Source: an uncultured Gammaproteobacteria bacterium
GTDB taxonomy: Bacteria > Patescibacteriota > Patescibacteriia > UBA9934
Length of the DNA: 64,000 bases
Direction of reading: 5' to 3'
Assembly (NCBI GenBank): GCA_964552565.1
Contig: CAZKGL010000001.1
Coordinates: 628,816-692,815, forward strand
Part shown: positions 22,333-30,609 of the stretch, one piece after another
Numbering within the stretch: the stretch's first letter is position 1
Layout: each line of letters begins with the position of its first letter
Program-made: the position numbers and the translations under genes
Notes under the pieces: generated by a model
Databases searched by the model: none
Seen by the model: only the letters and a program-made list of their open reading frames with translations
Told to the model about the DNA's origin: nothing

Positions 22333-22368
22333 CCTCGCAACTCACCTCACCATTAATAGGAGGAACCT

Positions 22369-22797
22369 ATGACCAAGGGCAGCTCGTTAATTCTCCGCAT
22401 CTACTTCGGCGTCGTGTCGGCAGTCACGCTCTTCACCCTCATGTGGGGCGCGATCGACTTCCTCACCATCGGCCTCAAGACGTTTGTCTTCACGAGCGCC
22501 GACGTCCCGGAGTACGGCCTCCTCAATTGCGACGACCCGAACGCCCTCGAGGGCTGGTACGGCAAGCCGGTCGAGGTCAGCCGTCCGGCGGCCGGGACCG
22601 AAGGCGAGACGCTGACGGCTGAGGAGCAGAAGGCGCGCTGCGAAGCGTCGAACGCCACCACGATGGAGAACTACACGACGCAGAAGGCAAACAACGCCGT
22701 CCGCAACCTGTCGCTCATCCTCGTGTCGCTCCCCCTGTTCATCCTCCACTTCCGCGTCGTCTACCGCGACTGGAAGGCGGAACGCAACGAGAAATAA
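22369..22797 (+). CDS. hypothetical membrane protein inserted between rplK and rplA
   Basis: 142 aa; strong RBS (AGGAGGaacctATG); two predicted TM helices (N- and C-terminal) flanking a soluble loop. Confidence 0.6.
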   Translation: MTKGSSLILRIYFGVVSAVTLFTLMWGAIDFLTIGLKTFVFTSADVPEYGLLNCDDPNALEGWYGKPVEVSRPAAGTEGETLTAEEQKARCEASNATTMENYTTQKANNAVRNLSLILVSLPLFILHFRVVYRDWKAERNEK

Positions 22798-22845
22798 TCT
22801 AACCACCGTGGGAGCTTCGGAGGAAGCGCTCGCACCACACCACCT

Positions 22846-23532
22846 ATGACCAGCAAACGATTCACGGAGGCGAAGGCCGCCGTCGACAAGAGCAAGACGT
22901 ACTCGGTTGAAGAGGCCGTCGCGCTCGCCAAGCAGAACGCCACCGCGAAGTTCGACGAGACCGTCGAGCTCCACATGCGCCTCGGCGTCGACCCCAAGCA
23001 GGGCGACCAGCAGATCCGCGCGACCGTCGTGCTGCCGCACGGCACGGGCAAGTCGAAGAAGGTCATCGCCTTCGTCGACGCGAACAATGAAGCGGCCGCG
23101 AAGGCTGCCGGCGCCGACCTTATCGGCACCGAAGAAACGATCGACGAGATCGCGAAGACCGGCAAGATCGTTTTCGACGTCGCGGTCGCCGTTCCGAGCA
23201 TGATGCCGAAGCTCGCGAAGGCCGCGAAGATCCTCGGCCCCCGCGGCCTCATGCCGAACCCGAAGACCGACACCGTCGGCCCGAACATCGCGAAGATCAT
23301 CGAGGAGCAGAAGGGCGGCAAGGTCGCGTTTAAGAACGACAACACCTCGAACGTCCACATGATCGTCGGGAAGGCCTCGTTCGATGCGGACAAGCTCGTC
23401 GCAAACGTCAACGCCGCGGTGGACGCGATCCGCAAGGCGAAGCCGTCGTCGGCCAAGGGCATCTACATGCGCTCGGCCACGCTGACCTCGACCATGGGCC
23501 CGGCAATCGCGCTCGACGTCGCAGGAGCCTAA
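22846..23532 (+). CDS. rplA: 50S ribosomal protein L1
   Basis: Full-length L1: VVLPHGTGKSKKV, GADLIG, ILGPRGLMPNPKTDTV. Confidence 0.95.
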   Translation: MTSKRFTEAKAAVDKSKTYSVEEAVALAKQNATAKFDETVELHMRLGVDPKQGDQQIRATVVLPHGTGKSKKVIAFVDANNEAAAKAAGADLIGTEETIDEIAKTGKIVFDVAVAVPSMMPKLAKAAKILGPRGLMPNPKTDTVGPNIAKIIEEQKGGKVAFKNDNTSNVHMIVGKASFDADKLVANVNAAVDAIRKAKPSSAKGIYMRSATLTSTMGPAIALDVAGA

Positions 23533-23549
23533 GCCATCCACACAGAAAA

Positions 23550-23580
23550 GGACGCGCCCCGTGCGCGGCCTTTTCGTTTT
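23550..23580 (+). terminator. rho-independent terminator after rplA
   Basis: GGACGCGC-cccgt-GCGCGGCC hairpin then TTTTCGTTTT; no rplJ-rplL follows. Confidence 0.55.
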
Positions 23581-23607
23581 GCGTTATACTGGAGCAAAGA
23601 TCTCCGT

Positions 23608-24822
23608 ATGCACCATCATGTCCACACCTCCATGCTCGTGGCCGCGATCGGCATGGCGCTCGGTGCCGCCATCGCCACGTTGTCGGCCGAACCGTCGTAC
23701 GCCGCGCCGCGGCCGTCGCTGACCGTCCGCATCGACAACACGCCGGAGGCCGGCATCGTCCTCGATGCGCACGAGCAGCTCGAGGTCGCGCGGTTCGCCT
23801 TGCGTTCCGGACGCGAGGACCTTGTCGTCGACACGCTCTCGTTCCAGAACTGCGTCACGGACGCCGACGGCGACGCCGACGGCGATTGCGCGGATGACAA
23901 TGAGACGGCGGGCGCCGACGCCGCAGTCGTCAAACTCCGCCTGCGCTACACCGACGCCGACGGCAACGAGCGCCGCTCGCCGGGCACGCTCGTCGATGGC
24001 GTCGTGACGTTCAGCAACCTCGTCCTCCCTTTGCCCCGCGGCACGTCCGTCCCGGTCGTCCTCAGCATCGACACGGCCACCATCGACGACAGCGCCGTGA
24101 CGAGCGGCATGCAGGTGCAGTTCAACCTGAACGCGCGCACCGCGGACTTCCATGCGAAGGTGAAAAAGACCGGCCGCGTCCTCACCGAGTCGCACGTCGG
24201 CAAAGTCGTCGCCGGGGAAACGATGACGCTCCGCAACACGGCGCCCGCGCTCACGCTGTCGGACGACGCGCCGTCGGGCGCGGTGACGCCGGGCATGACG
24301 GAAGTGTTCCGGTTTGACGCGTCCGCGGGCGCGGAAGGCGACATCAGCCTCTCCGGCGTCATGTTTGCGCTGACGGCGAGCGATAACGCGGAAACCGAGT
24401 GGGATGAATGCGAAAAACTCGGGGCTGACACGGCGAACTTTACGCTGACGAACGCGACGACGGGTGCGACGATCGACGTCACGTGGGGCATCTCCACCGC
24501 GAGTGGCAGGTCGTGCGCGGGGGTGCGCCGGCAAGATGTCGTGTACCTCTACGCCGACTTCACGACCGCGGAGACGATCGCCGCAGGGCAGACGACGGCC
24601 TACGCGCTCACGGTCAACACCAGCCGGGCCAGCACGCTCATGAACGACACCCTGCTCGTGACGCTTCCCGACCAGGCCACGCTCGACGAACTCGACAAAG
24701 GGTTCCTTGCCGTCGAGTGGTCGGACGGCACGTCCGGGGGGTCGACGATCGACGGCGGAGAGATCGACACGCTCCCGATCGACGGCAATCCCCTGCTCTT
24801 CCAGAAAAAGGCAAAGCGCTAG
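23608..24822 (+). CDS. secreted hypothetical protein, paralog A (Asp-Gly-Asp-Cys motif family)
   Basis: 404 aa; signal-peptide-like N-terminus; DADGDADGDCADDNE motif; clear paralog of 29001-30218, sharing VTFSN/G, QxNLNA(R/K), VPGM(T/A)E(V/A)FRF, ASDNA..W(D/N)EC and L.V..PDQA.L blocks. Confidence 0.7.
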   Translation: MHHHVHTSMLVAAIGMALGAAIATLSAEPSYAAPRPSLTVRIDNTPEAGIVLDAHEQLEVARFALRSGREDLVVDTLSFQNCVTDADGDADGDCADDNETAGADAAVVKLRLRYTDADGNERRSPGTLVDGVVTFSNLVLPLPRGTSVPVVLSIDTATIDDSAVTSGMQVQFNLNARTADFHAKVKKTGRVLTESHVGKVVAGETMTLRNTAPALTLSDDAPSGAVTPGMTEVFRFDASAGAEGDISLSGVMFALTASDNAETEWDECEKLGADTANFTLTNATTGATIDVTWGISTASGRSCAGVRRQDVVYLYADFTTAETIAAGQTTAYALTVNTSRASTLMNDTLLVTLPDQATLDELDKGFLAVEWSDGTSGGSTIDGGEIDTLPIDGNPLLFQKKAKR

Positions 24823-25322
24823 AGCACGACGTAGTGCAGCAGCACCGACTGCTCGCCGAGCTTCTCTGCGGACATAAGCTGGAGGCGTTTGCTGCCGACG
24901 CCGTCGACAAGCGGCACGCCCGCGCCGAAGATGATCGGCTCAACGGTGATATACATATCCGTCACGAGGTCGGTGGCAAGAAACGCAGAAAAAATTTCCC
25001 GCCCGCCGGCAACGACCGCTTCGGTATAGCCGCGGGATTCGAGCGACCGCACCACCGCATGCGGCGTTTCGTTTGTGCACTCAAGGACGCCCGGCACGTC
25101 GTCAAACGGCGGCTCTTGGTGGGTCATGACGACGTTCAGGCGTTCGGACAGCGGTTCGCCGATGGTCTGGAATGTCCGGCGGCCCATGATGACGACCCCC
25201 GCCTCCTTGGTTTTCATGACAAAAAACCGCTTATCTTCGGCACTTGTCCAATCGGTCAGGTGGTCCCGGTCGGTGGCGATCCGGCCGTCCACGGACATGG
25301 CGGCGACGATGGTGATCTTCAT
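24819..25322 (-). CDS. dihydrofolate reductase-family protein (RibD C-terminal-like)
   Basis: MKITIVAAMSVDGRIA...GVVIMGRRTF...AVVAGGREIF pattern of the RibD_C/DHFR-like reductase fold. Confidence 0.7.
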   Translation of the reverse strand: MKITIVAAMSVDGRIATDRDHLTDWTSAEDKRFFVMKTKEAGVVIMGRRTFQTIGEPLSERLNVVMTHQEPPFDDVPGVLECTNETPHAVVRSLESRGYTEAVVAGGREIFSAFLATDLVTDMYITVEPIIFGAGVPLVDGVGSKRLQLMSAEKLGEQSVLLHYVVL

Positions 25323-25396
25323 ACGAACTCTGCCCTCAGTTTACCCCCACACGCCCCTTTTCGCCCAGCCCCGAGGCGTGCCAAGATACCCCCACT

Positions 25397-26512
25397 ATGA
25401 CGAACTGGTCCGCGCTCCAAGGGGCATTGCCGCTCCAATATATCCGCGCCCTCATGGCCGAAGGGCATATCCATGGCGCACGCGAAGAGCACCTCCAACC
25501 GTCGTCCCTGGACCTCTCGCTCTCCGGCGAGGTGTACCGCATGCGGGGTACTTACTTGCCGCGCCGCGGCGAGACGATCCGCGAGCTCGTGCAGAGCGGC
25601 ATGCTGTACCGCTGCGACCTCCAGCACCCGCTCGAGCTCTTCGGCATTTACCTCGTGCGGCTGAACGAGACGCTGTCGTTGCCGGACGCGGTGCACGGCT
25701 ACACGAACAACAAGTCGTCGTCCGGGCGCATCAACTTGCAGACGCGGCTCGTCGTCGACGGCGTGTCGCGCTTTGACATGGTGCCGGCCGGCTACCGCGG
25801 CGAACTGTGGCTCGAGATTATCCCGAAGTCATTCCCGGTCAAACTCGCAGCCGGCGAGCGCGTCAACCAGATGCGGTTCGCAACGTGTGACGCACGGCTG
25901 TCGGACGCCGAGCACTTTTCCCTGTTCGACCGCGCGCAGCTCTTGTGCGACCTTGCGGGAAACGCCTACAAGGCCGACGCGTCGACCGTCGACAAGGACG
26001 GCGTCGTCATGTCCGTCGACCTCTCGAGCGAGGAGATCATCGGCTACTCATGCTCGCCGACCGCATGCCGCGTGCTCGACTTCGCGCGCCGCGACTATGA
26101 CCCGTCGGAATTCTTCGACCCGATCCTCCGGCCGAAGAACGGGCAGTTCGTCATGAAGCGCGGCGACTTTTACATCTTGGTGACGAAGGAATGCCTGCGC
26201 GTGCCGGACGCCTACGCGGCCGAGATGGCGGCGTACGACCCGAGCAAGGGCGAGTTCCGCAGCCATTACGCCGGGTTCTTTGACCCAGGTTGGGGCTTCC
26301 GCCCGGACGGCGGCGTGCGCGGCACATCGGCGGTGCTCGAGATTTTTACGCATGACAATGACTTTGTGCTGCGCGACGGCCAGCCTATTTGCAAGATGAT
26401 CTACGAACGCCTCGCCGCGCCGGCCGAAATACTCTACGGCGACGCCAAACTGACCAACAACTACTACCGCCAACGCGGCCCGCGCCTCAGCAAGCATTTT
26501 AGAATGGGGTAG
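25397..26512 (+). CDS. 2'-deoxycytidine 5'-triphosphate deaminase, long DCD form
   Basis: 371 aa; dUTPase/dCTP-deaminase-fold motifs (GELWLEI, FFDPGWGF, GTSAVLEIF); length and architecture match the long stand-alone DCD family. Confidence 0.75.
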   Translation: MTNWSALQGALPLQYIRALMAEGHIHGAREEHLQPSSLDLSLSGEVYRMRGTYLPRRGETIRELVQSGMLYRCDLQHPLELFGIYLVRLNETLSLPDAVHGYTNNKSSSGRINLQTRLVVDGVSRFDMVPAGYRGELWLEIIPKSFPVKLAAGERVNQMRFATCDARLSDAEHFSLFDRAQLLCDLAGNAYKADASTVDKDGVVMSVDLSSEEIIGYSCSPTACRVLDFARRDYDPSEFFDPILRPKNGQFVMKRGDFYILVTKECLRVPDAYAAEMAAYDPSKGEFRSHYAGFFDPGWGFRPDGGVRGTSAVLEIFTHDNDFVLRDGQPICKMIYERLAAPAEILYGDAKLTNNYYRQRGPRLSKHFRMG

Positions 26513-26521
26513 AACATCAGT

Positions 26522-26950
26522 ATGAAATTCATGATCTGCGGCAGTATGTCGTTCTCGGACAAGATGCTGCAAGCGAAGGCACAGTTAGAAAGTCTTGGCC
26601 ACGAGTCCATGGTTTCGAGCTTCGTGCAAAACCATGTCGGCAAGAACCAGGCGGAAAGCGAGGCGATCGCGTTACAAGAAAAGATGAACGAAGATGCGAT
26701 GCGCGTCGACTTCGAAAAGCTGAAACACGTCGATGCGATCCTCGTTCTCAACTACGACAAACGCGGTATTCCGAATTACATCGGCGGCAACACGCTGCTC
26801 GAGATGGGCTTTGCACACATCCTCAACCGCAAGATCTTCCTCCTGAATCCGGTTCCAGAGATTCCCTTCTACAAATCCGAAATCGAGGCCATGCATCCCG
26901 TCATCCTCCAGGGACTTTTTCCACAGCTGCATACCGTTGACGCGGCATGA
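26522..26950 (+). CDS. nucleoside 2-deoxyribosyltransferase-like (NDT/SLOG-fold) protein
   Basis: 142 aa; MKFMICGSMSF Rossmann-like start and NYIGGNTLLEMGFAHILNRKIFLL, resembling the NDT D.GT..E.G.A catalytic region; GC is visibly lower than the flanks. Confidence 0.5.
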   Translation: MKFMICGSMSFSDKMLQAKAQLESLGHESMVSSFVQNHVGKNQAESEAIALQEKMNEDAMRVDFEKLKHVDAILVLNYDKRGIPNYIGGNTLLEMGFAHILNRKIFLLNPVPEIPFYKSEIEAMHPVILQGLFPQLHTVDAA

Positions 26951-27073
26951 AAGGTGTGAGGAAATGGAGGTAACCAAGCGTGGCTCATCATGAGCTACTC
27001 TCTCGGTGTCACAAAAGAGACTCCCCATTGTTTTTGCAATGGCGGAGTCTCTTTTGTTTTCCTCCGGGCCGTA

Positions 27074-27149
27074 TGGGCCTATGGTGGTAGGGGCAGCCGC
27101 GCTTGGTTTGACATCGAGAGGCACGGGTTCGATTCCCGTTAGGTCCACC
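27074..27149 (+). tRNA. tRNA with encoded CCA; anticodon loop TTTGACA, anticodon unresolved
   Basis: 76 nt: acceptor GGGCCTA/TAGGTCC (one G-T pair), D-arm, anticodon stem CTTGG/TCGAG, 4-nt variable loop, T-arm ACGGG-TTCGATT-CCCGT, discriminator A, CCA. By register the anticodon is UGA, but the gene lacks the long variable arm of Ser tRNAs and has C at position 37. Confidence 0.75.
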
Positions 27150-27164
27150 ATAGCCATGCACAAG

Positions 27165-27238
27165 GCCCGGACCACCAGCACCCCGCGTCCCCGGTCCGCT
27201 CAGCGGACCCCGGCGGGGTGTTTGGTTTAACAGCACTT
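27165..27238 (+). terminator. extended GC-rich hairpin with T-run downstream of the tRNA
   Basis: Nested inverted repeats (GGTCCGCT-CAGCGGACC inside CACCCCGCG...CGGCGGGGTG), then TTTGGTTT. Confidence 0.4.
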
Positions 27239-27619
27239 CCCTGCGCAGCCGGCGCAGGAATTGTTCTTGCGCGATGCGTAATACGCTCTGCAGCCCATCG
27301 CAAATTCTTCTTCGGGCGGTAGGGTGTCGTGCGGGTACGCCATGTTGCCGTCGCCGAGGGTTTCCCACAGTTTCACGTCATTCAGCCAGCACAAATTGTG
27401 GCCCGTCTGCTCGCGGTGCGTCTCGATGGCGCCGCGCAGGCGACGGATCTCCTCGCGTGCGTCGCTCAGTTCCGACGATACGGTGGCGAGTTGCGCGACC
27501 AATTCGACGCGGCGGGCTTCGAGTGCAGCAATGCGGTCGTCCATAGTAAGGAAAGTATACCTGAAACGCGAGCGCCGCCCGTCCCTCAGGTGAGAGACGA
27601 GCGGCGACTCCAGCTCCAT
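27227..27619 (-). CDS. hypothetical coiled-coil protein with a Cys-rich C-terminal tail
   Basis: ORF ending ...GCRAYYASRKNNSCAGCAGKCC; heptad-like N-terminal region. Start uncertain (M1 at 27619 or MDDRIAAL at 27544); no clear RBS for either. Confidence 0.35.
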   Translation of the reverse strand: MELESPLVSHLRDGRRSRFRYTFLTMDDRIAALEARRVELVAQLATVSSELSDAREEIRRLRGAIETHREQTGHNLCWLNDVKLWETLGDGNMAYPHDTLPPEEEFAMGCRAYYASRKNNSCAGCAGKCC

Positions 27620-27623
27620 AGCG

Positions 27624-27663
27624 AGGCCAAGCCTTTACCAGGCTAAGCCTCTACAAGGTTTAG
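27624..27663. repeat. REP-like palindromic repeat flanking the Y1 transposase (left)
   Basis: GAGGCCAAGCCTTTACCAGGCTAAGCCTCTACAAGG contains the AAGCCT/AGGCT inverted units shared with the right flank. Confidence 0.45.
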
Positions 27664-28215
27664 GTAGTCCTCTCTTGAGAAGAGTCCGGGCATCGGGGCG
27701 TTCAATACGGGATCCGGCGAGGCCCCGCAGTACGACCGCATGCTGGACCACGGGTATCGCTCCAAATAATCGAGTGCCTGCCCGCCAATTCGCGGCCCGT
27801 CAAAGAGATCGATCGGGTTGGCGTGAATGTAGCGAATAAGCCATTGAAGCTGCTCCTGGCTTGTCACCCGCTTCGCGTGGAATGGCGCGGCCATGACACG
27901 CCCCTTATGCTGGTACTTCGTATTGAAGTACATGCCGTAACTCGTTCCGAGCCGATGCATGAGCGTCGAAATGCCGCCGTCAACGTCCTGTCGCATCACA
28001 AAGTGGTAATGGTTCGGCATGATCGCATACGCCACGATGCCTACAGGATTACTGAGCCAGTCCGGATGTTCGATTCGAGCATCACATCGGTTTGCCTCGA
28101 ACACACTTCGCAAAAACTTTCGGTAATCCTCGTCGCAAACAAATATCGTTCGCCTTTCAACGGCACGATTATACACGTGATAGTACTCACCTGTCGCAAG
28201 TGAAGGATCGCGCAT
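27643..28215 (-). CDS. IS200/IS605-family Y1 (HUH) transposase, REP-associated (RAYT-like)
   Basis: YHVYNRAVERRTIF...IVAYAIMPNHYHFVMRQ (HUH motif) and a C-terminal catalytic Tyr region (RYPWSSMRSY); GGAGAG RBS 8 nt before the ATG. Confidence 0.8.
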   Translation of the reverse strand: MRDPSLATGEYYHVYNRAVERRTIFVCDEDYRKFLRSVFEANRCDARIEHPDWLSNPVGIVAYAIMPNHYHFVMRQDVDGGISTLMHRLGTSYGMYFNTKYQHKGRVMAAPFHAKRVTSQEQLQWLIRYIHANPIDLFDGPRIGGQALDYLERYPWSSMRSYCGASPDPVLNAPMPGLFSREDYLNLVEA

Positions 28216-28272
28216 ACGTTTTACTCTCCGGAAATAAAACGCCCCCGGCTTTAGGCTGGGGAGTGTAGTTCC

Positions 28273-28316
28273 ATATTATCACAGGCCAAGCCTCTACAAG
28301 GCTAAGCCTCATTAAG
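28273..28316. repeat. REP-like palindromic repeat flanking the Y1 transposase (right)
   Basis: AGGCCAAGCCTCTACAAGGCTAAGCCTCATTAAGGCTTAGCCTT; AGGCTTAGCCT is a perfect palindrome. Confidence 0.45.
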
Positions 28317-28324
28317 GCTTAGCC

Positions 28325-28921
28325 TTGAAAGTGGCTAGTTATCCACAGTGCTATACTGTTACCACTGTGCCACGGGGGAGGACGCATCTCATTATCGACT
28401 GCATCGCGATCGGCGTGAGCATCTGTATCGCCGTTGGTTTGTTGTACACCGGCACGCTCCATGCGCTCCTCACCGAAACGGCGGAGTCACGGCTTATCGG
28501 CACCCTCGTCGCCGGCTTCTTCTTTACGTCGGTCTTCACTACCGCGCCGGCGATCGTGGCGCTCGGCGAAATTACGGCGACTGCGTCGCTCTGGCAGACC
28601 GCGGTGGTCGGCGCGCTCGGTGCGACATGCGGCGACCTCATCCTGTTTCGGTTCATTCGCGACCGCGTCGGCGACGACATCGGCCACGTACTGAGGGCGC
28701 GCGGACGCAAACGCTACCCCGCCATCGTTCGCAACCGGCTGTTCCGCGGCTTCACCATGTTCCTTGGCGCGCTCGTCATCGCCTCCCCGCTTCCCGACGA
28801 ACTCGGCCTCCTCATGATGGGGCTGCCGCGCATGCCGCTGCGCGTCTTCATGCTCGTATCGTTTACCATGAACGCGTTCGGCATCTTCATGATCGGTCTT
28901 GTCGCCCGCGCCGTGACGTGA
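28325..28921 (+). CDS. hypothetical polytopic membrane protein
   Basis: About 198 aa, at least five hydrophobic helices. The annotated N-terminus overlaps the REP-like repeat, so the real start is probably internal (no ATG; possibly a GTG). Confidence 0.45.
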   Translation: MKVASYPQCYTVTTVPRGRTHLIIDCIAIGVSICIAVGLLYTGTLHALLTETAESRLIGTLVAGFFFTSVFTTAPAIVALGEITATASLWQTAVVGALGATCGDLILFRFIRDRVGDDIGHVLRARGRKRYPAIVRNRLFRGFTMFLGALVIASPLPDELGLLMMGLPRMPLRVFMLVSFTMNAFGIFMIGLVARAVT

Positions 28922-29000
28922 CCGTTATCCACACGCCCACGCGTCTTTTCTTTGCTGCAACAGCCATGCACGCCCTATACTTGAGGAAATTCTTTTTTGT

Positions 29001-30218
29001 ATGGCGAAAAAATCAGCCACTCCCATCAACGGGTCGTACGCGTTCGTCGCGACCGCCCTCGTCCTCGCGCTTGCGAGCGTCACGGCGTTCGGATTCGCGG
29101 GCAACTCGCTTGCGCTCTCCGCATCCGCACAACCGCTGCGCATCGCGCTGTCGGCGACCACGCCGTCAAGCGACATCCTCATCGGCGGCACGACCGACAA
29201 CCACGTCGTCAGCTACAGCTTCACCGCCGGGCGCCGCGAAGGCGTGCTCGTCGACACCATCACGCTGCACAACTGCGTCGGTCCGCGCGACGCGGACGGC
29301 GATTGCGCCGACGCAGGCGAGACCACGGGGAACGACTACGCCATCGCCTCGGTCTCGATTTCCTACACCGACTCGACCGGCAGCACGCGCACGGACACCG
29401 GCATCCTCTCGGGCAACCTCGTCACGTTCAGCGGCATGGACTTCGAAGTCCCCGCGAACACCACGCGGTCGCTTGAAGTCTCGGTCGACACGAACGCCGT
29501 CGATAGCTCTACCGTCTACTCGGGCAACACGATCCAGCTGAACCTCAACGCAAAGTCGCAATCGTTCTCCGCGGTGGGCCTCACGAGCGGCCGCTCGGTC
29601 ACGGAAACGAAGGTTGCGAAGAACGTCATTGCGCGCCGCATGGTCATGCGCGTCACCGAGCCGACCGTTTCCCTTTCGTCGAGCTCGCCGAGCGGGGCAT
29701 CGGTTCCGGGCATGGCGGAAGCGTTTCGGTTCAAAACGACGGCGCACAGCGCGGGCGACGTCGACGTGGCGCGCCTCACCTTCAACGTGACCGCCTCGGA
29801 CAACGCTGGCAGCGGCTGGAACGAATGCGGAACATTTGACGATTCGAGCAAGTACGCCCTGTACGCGGTGGAATCGGACGGGAGCCTGACATCGGTAACG
29901 GCCTCGTGGACGTTCTACTCGGAGGACGGCGCGCTGTGCGCCCGCTCGACCGACCCGCTCGCCTACGCCGTCGCGACGGTCGCCGAGACCGTTTCCGCAG
30001 GTTCCGAACGCGAGTTCGCCCTGTACGTCGACTCGAGCGGGGCAAGCGCGAGCGGCGACGACGCGCTCCAGGTCAGCATTCCCGACCAGGCCGAACTGAC
30101 CGCGCTGTCGCCGACCCTGCATGCCCTCACGTGGAGCGACGGGACAACGACCGGCAGCCGTATCAATGGGCTGTACATCGAGCACCTCGCCGTCACGGGA
30201 AGCACGCTCGTCTACTAA
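29001..30218 (+). CDS. secreted hypothetical protein, paralog B (Asp-Gly-Asp-Cys motif family)
   Basis: 405 aa; signal peptide; DADGDCADAGETTGND; co-linear with paralog A across conserved blocks (VTFSG, QLNLNAK, VPGMAEAFRF, ASDNAGSGWNEC, SIPDQAEL). Confidence 0.7.
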   Translation: MAKKSATPINGSYAFVATALVLALASVTAFGFAGNSLALSASAQPLRIALSATTPSSDILIGGTTDNHVVSYSFTAGRREGVLVDTITLHNCVGPRDADGDCADAGETTGNDYAIASVSISYTDSTGSTRTDTGILSGNLVTFSGMDFEVPANTTRSLEVSVDTNAVDSSTVYSGNTIQLNLNAKSQSFSAVGLTSGRSVTETKVAKNVIARRMVMRVTEPTVSLSSSSPSGASVPGMAEAFRFKTTAHSAGDVDVARLTFNVTASDNAGSGWNECGTFDDSSKYALYAVESDGSLTSVTASWTFYSEDGALCARSTDPLAYAVATVAETVSAGSEREFALYVDSSGASASGDDALQVSIPDQAELTALSPTLHALTWSDGTTTGSRINGLYIEHLAVTGSTLVY

Positions 30219-30223
30219 CCAAA

Positions 30224-30254
30224 CACAAAAGCCACCGTGCGGTGGCTTTTGTGT
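30224..30254. terminator. bidirectional rho-independent terminator between convergent genes
   Basis: A-run, AAAAGCCACCG-tgc-GGTGGCTTTT, then a T-run. Confidence 0.6.
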
Positions 30255-30607
30255 TACTCGTGCCCCATCTTCCCGACCTCTTCCCAAAGCTTCGCCTGCT
30301 CGCCCACGGAGGTCCATTCCGTCCGCAGCTGCCCTTGCTCGCACCAAATATAGAGCTTCGTCTCCCCGTCGCCAAAGCGGATGGCGTTGTACGAGCCGTT
30401 CTCGCCGCCGCCGTTTTTTACCCGTCCAATGAACTGGTCCATGTCCGCCTCGGCAAACATGCGGCGCATGCCGCCCGGAGCAAAATCGGAACGTCCGGTC
30501 ACCGCGGTGTCGATGCCGACGAGGATCGCCAGCGCCGCGTCGCGGTCGCCCGCCCGGATTGCATCAAAAAGCTTTTGTTCTTCGGCCTTGAATGCTGCAT
30601 GATCCAT
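30254..30607 (-). CDS. hypothetical protein co-transcribed downstream of thyX
   Basis: 117 aa ORF starting 3 nt after the thyX stop codon; plausible composition; no recognised family. Confidence 0.45.
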   Translation of the reverse strand: MDHAAFKAEEQKLFDAIRAGDRDAALAILVGIDTAVTGRSDFAPGGMRRMFAEADMDQFIGRVKNGGGENGSYNAIRFGDGETKLYIWCEQGQLRTEWTSVGEQAKLWEEVGKMGHE

Positions 30608-30609
30608 AC

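Noticed and set aside
28348-30347. 397-aa plus-strand and 393-aa minus-strand ORFs
   Set aside because: Alternative frames over the membrane-protein gene and the secreted paralog B; Arg/Pro/Ser/Thr low-complexity; the chosen frames have signal peptides and conserved paralog blocks.
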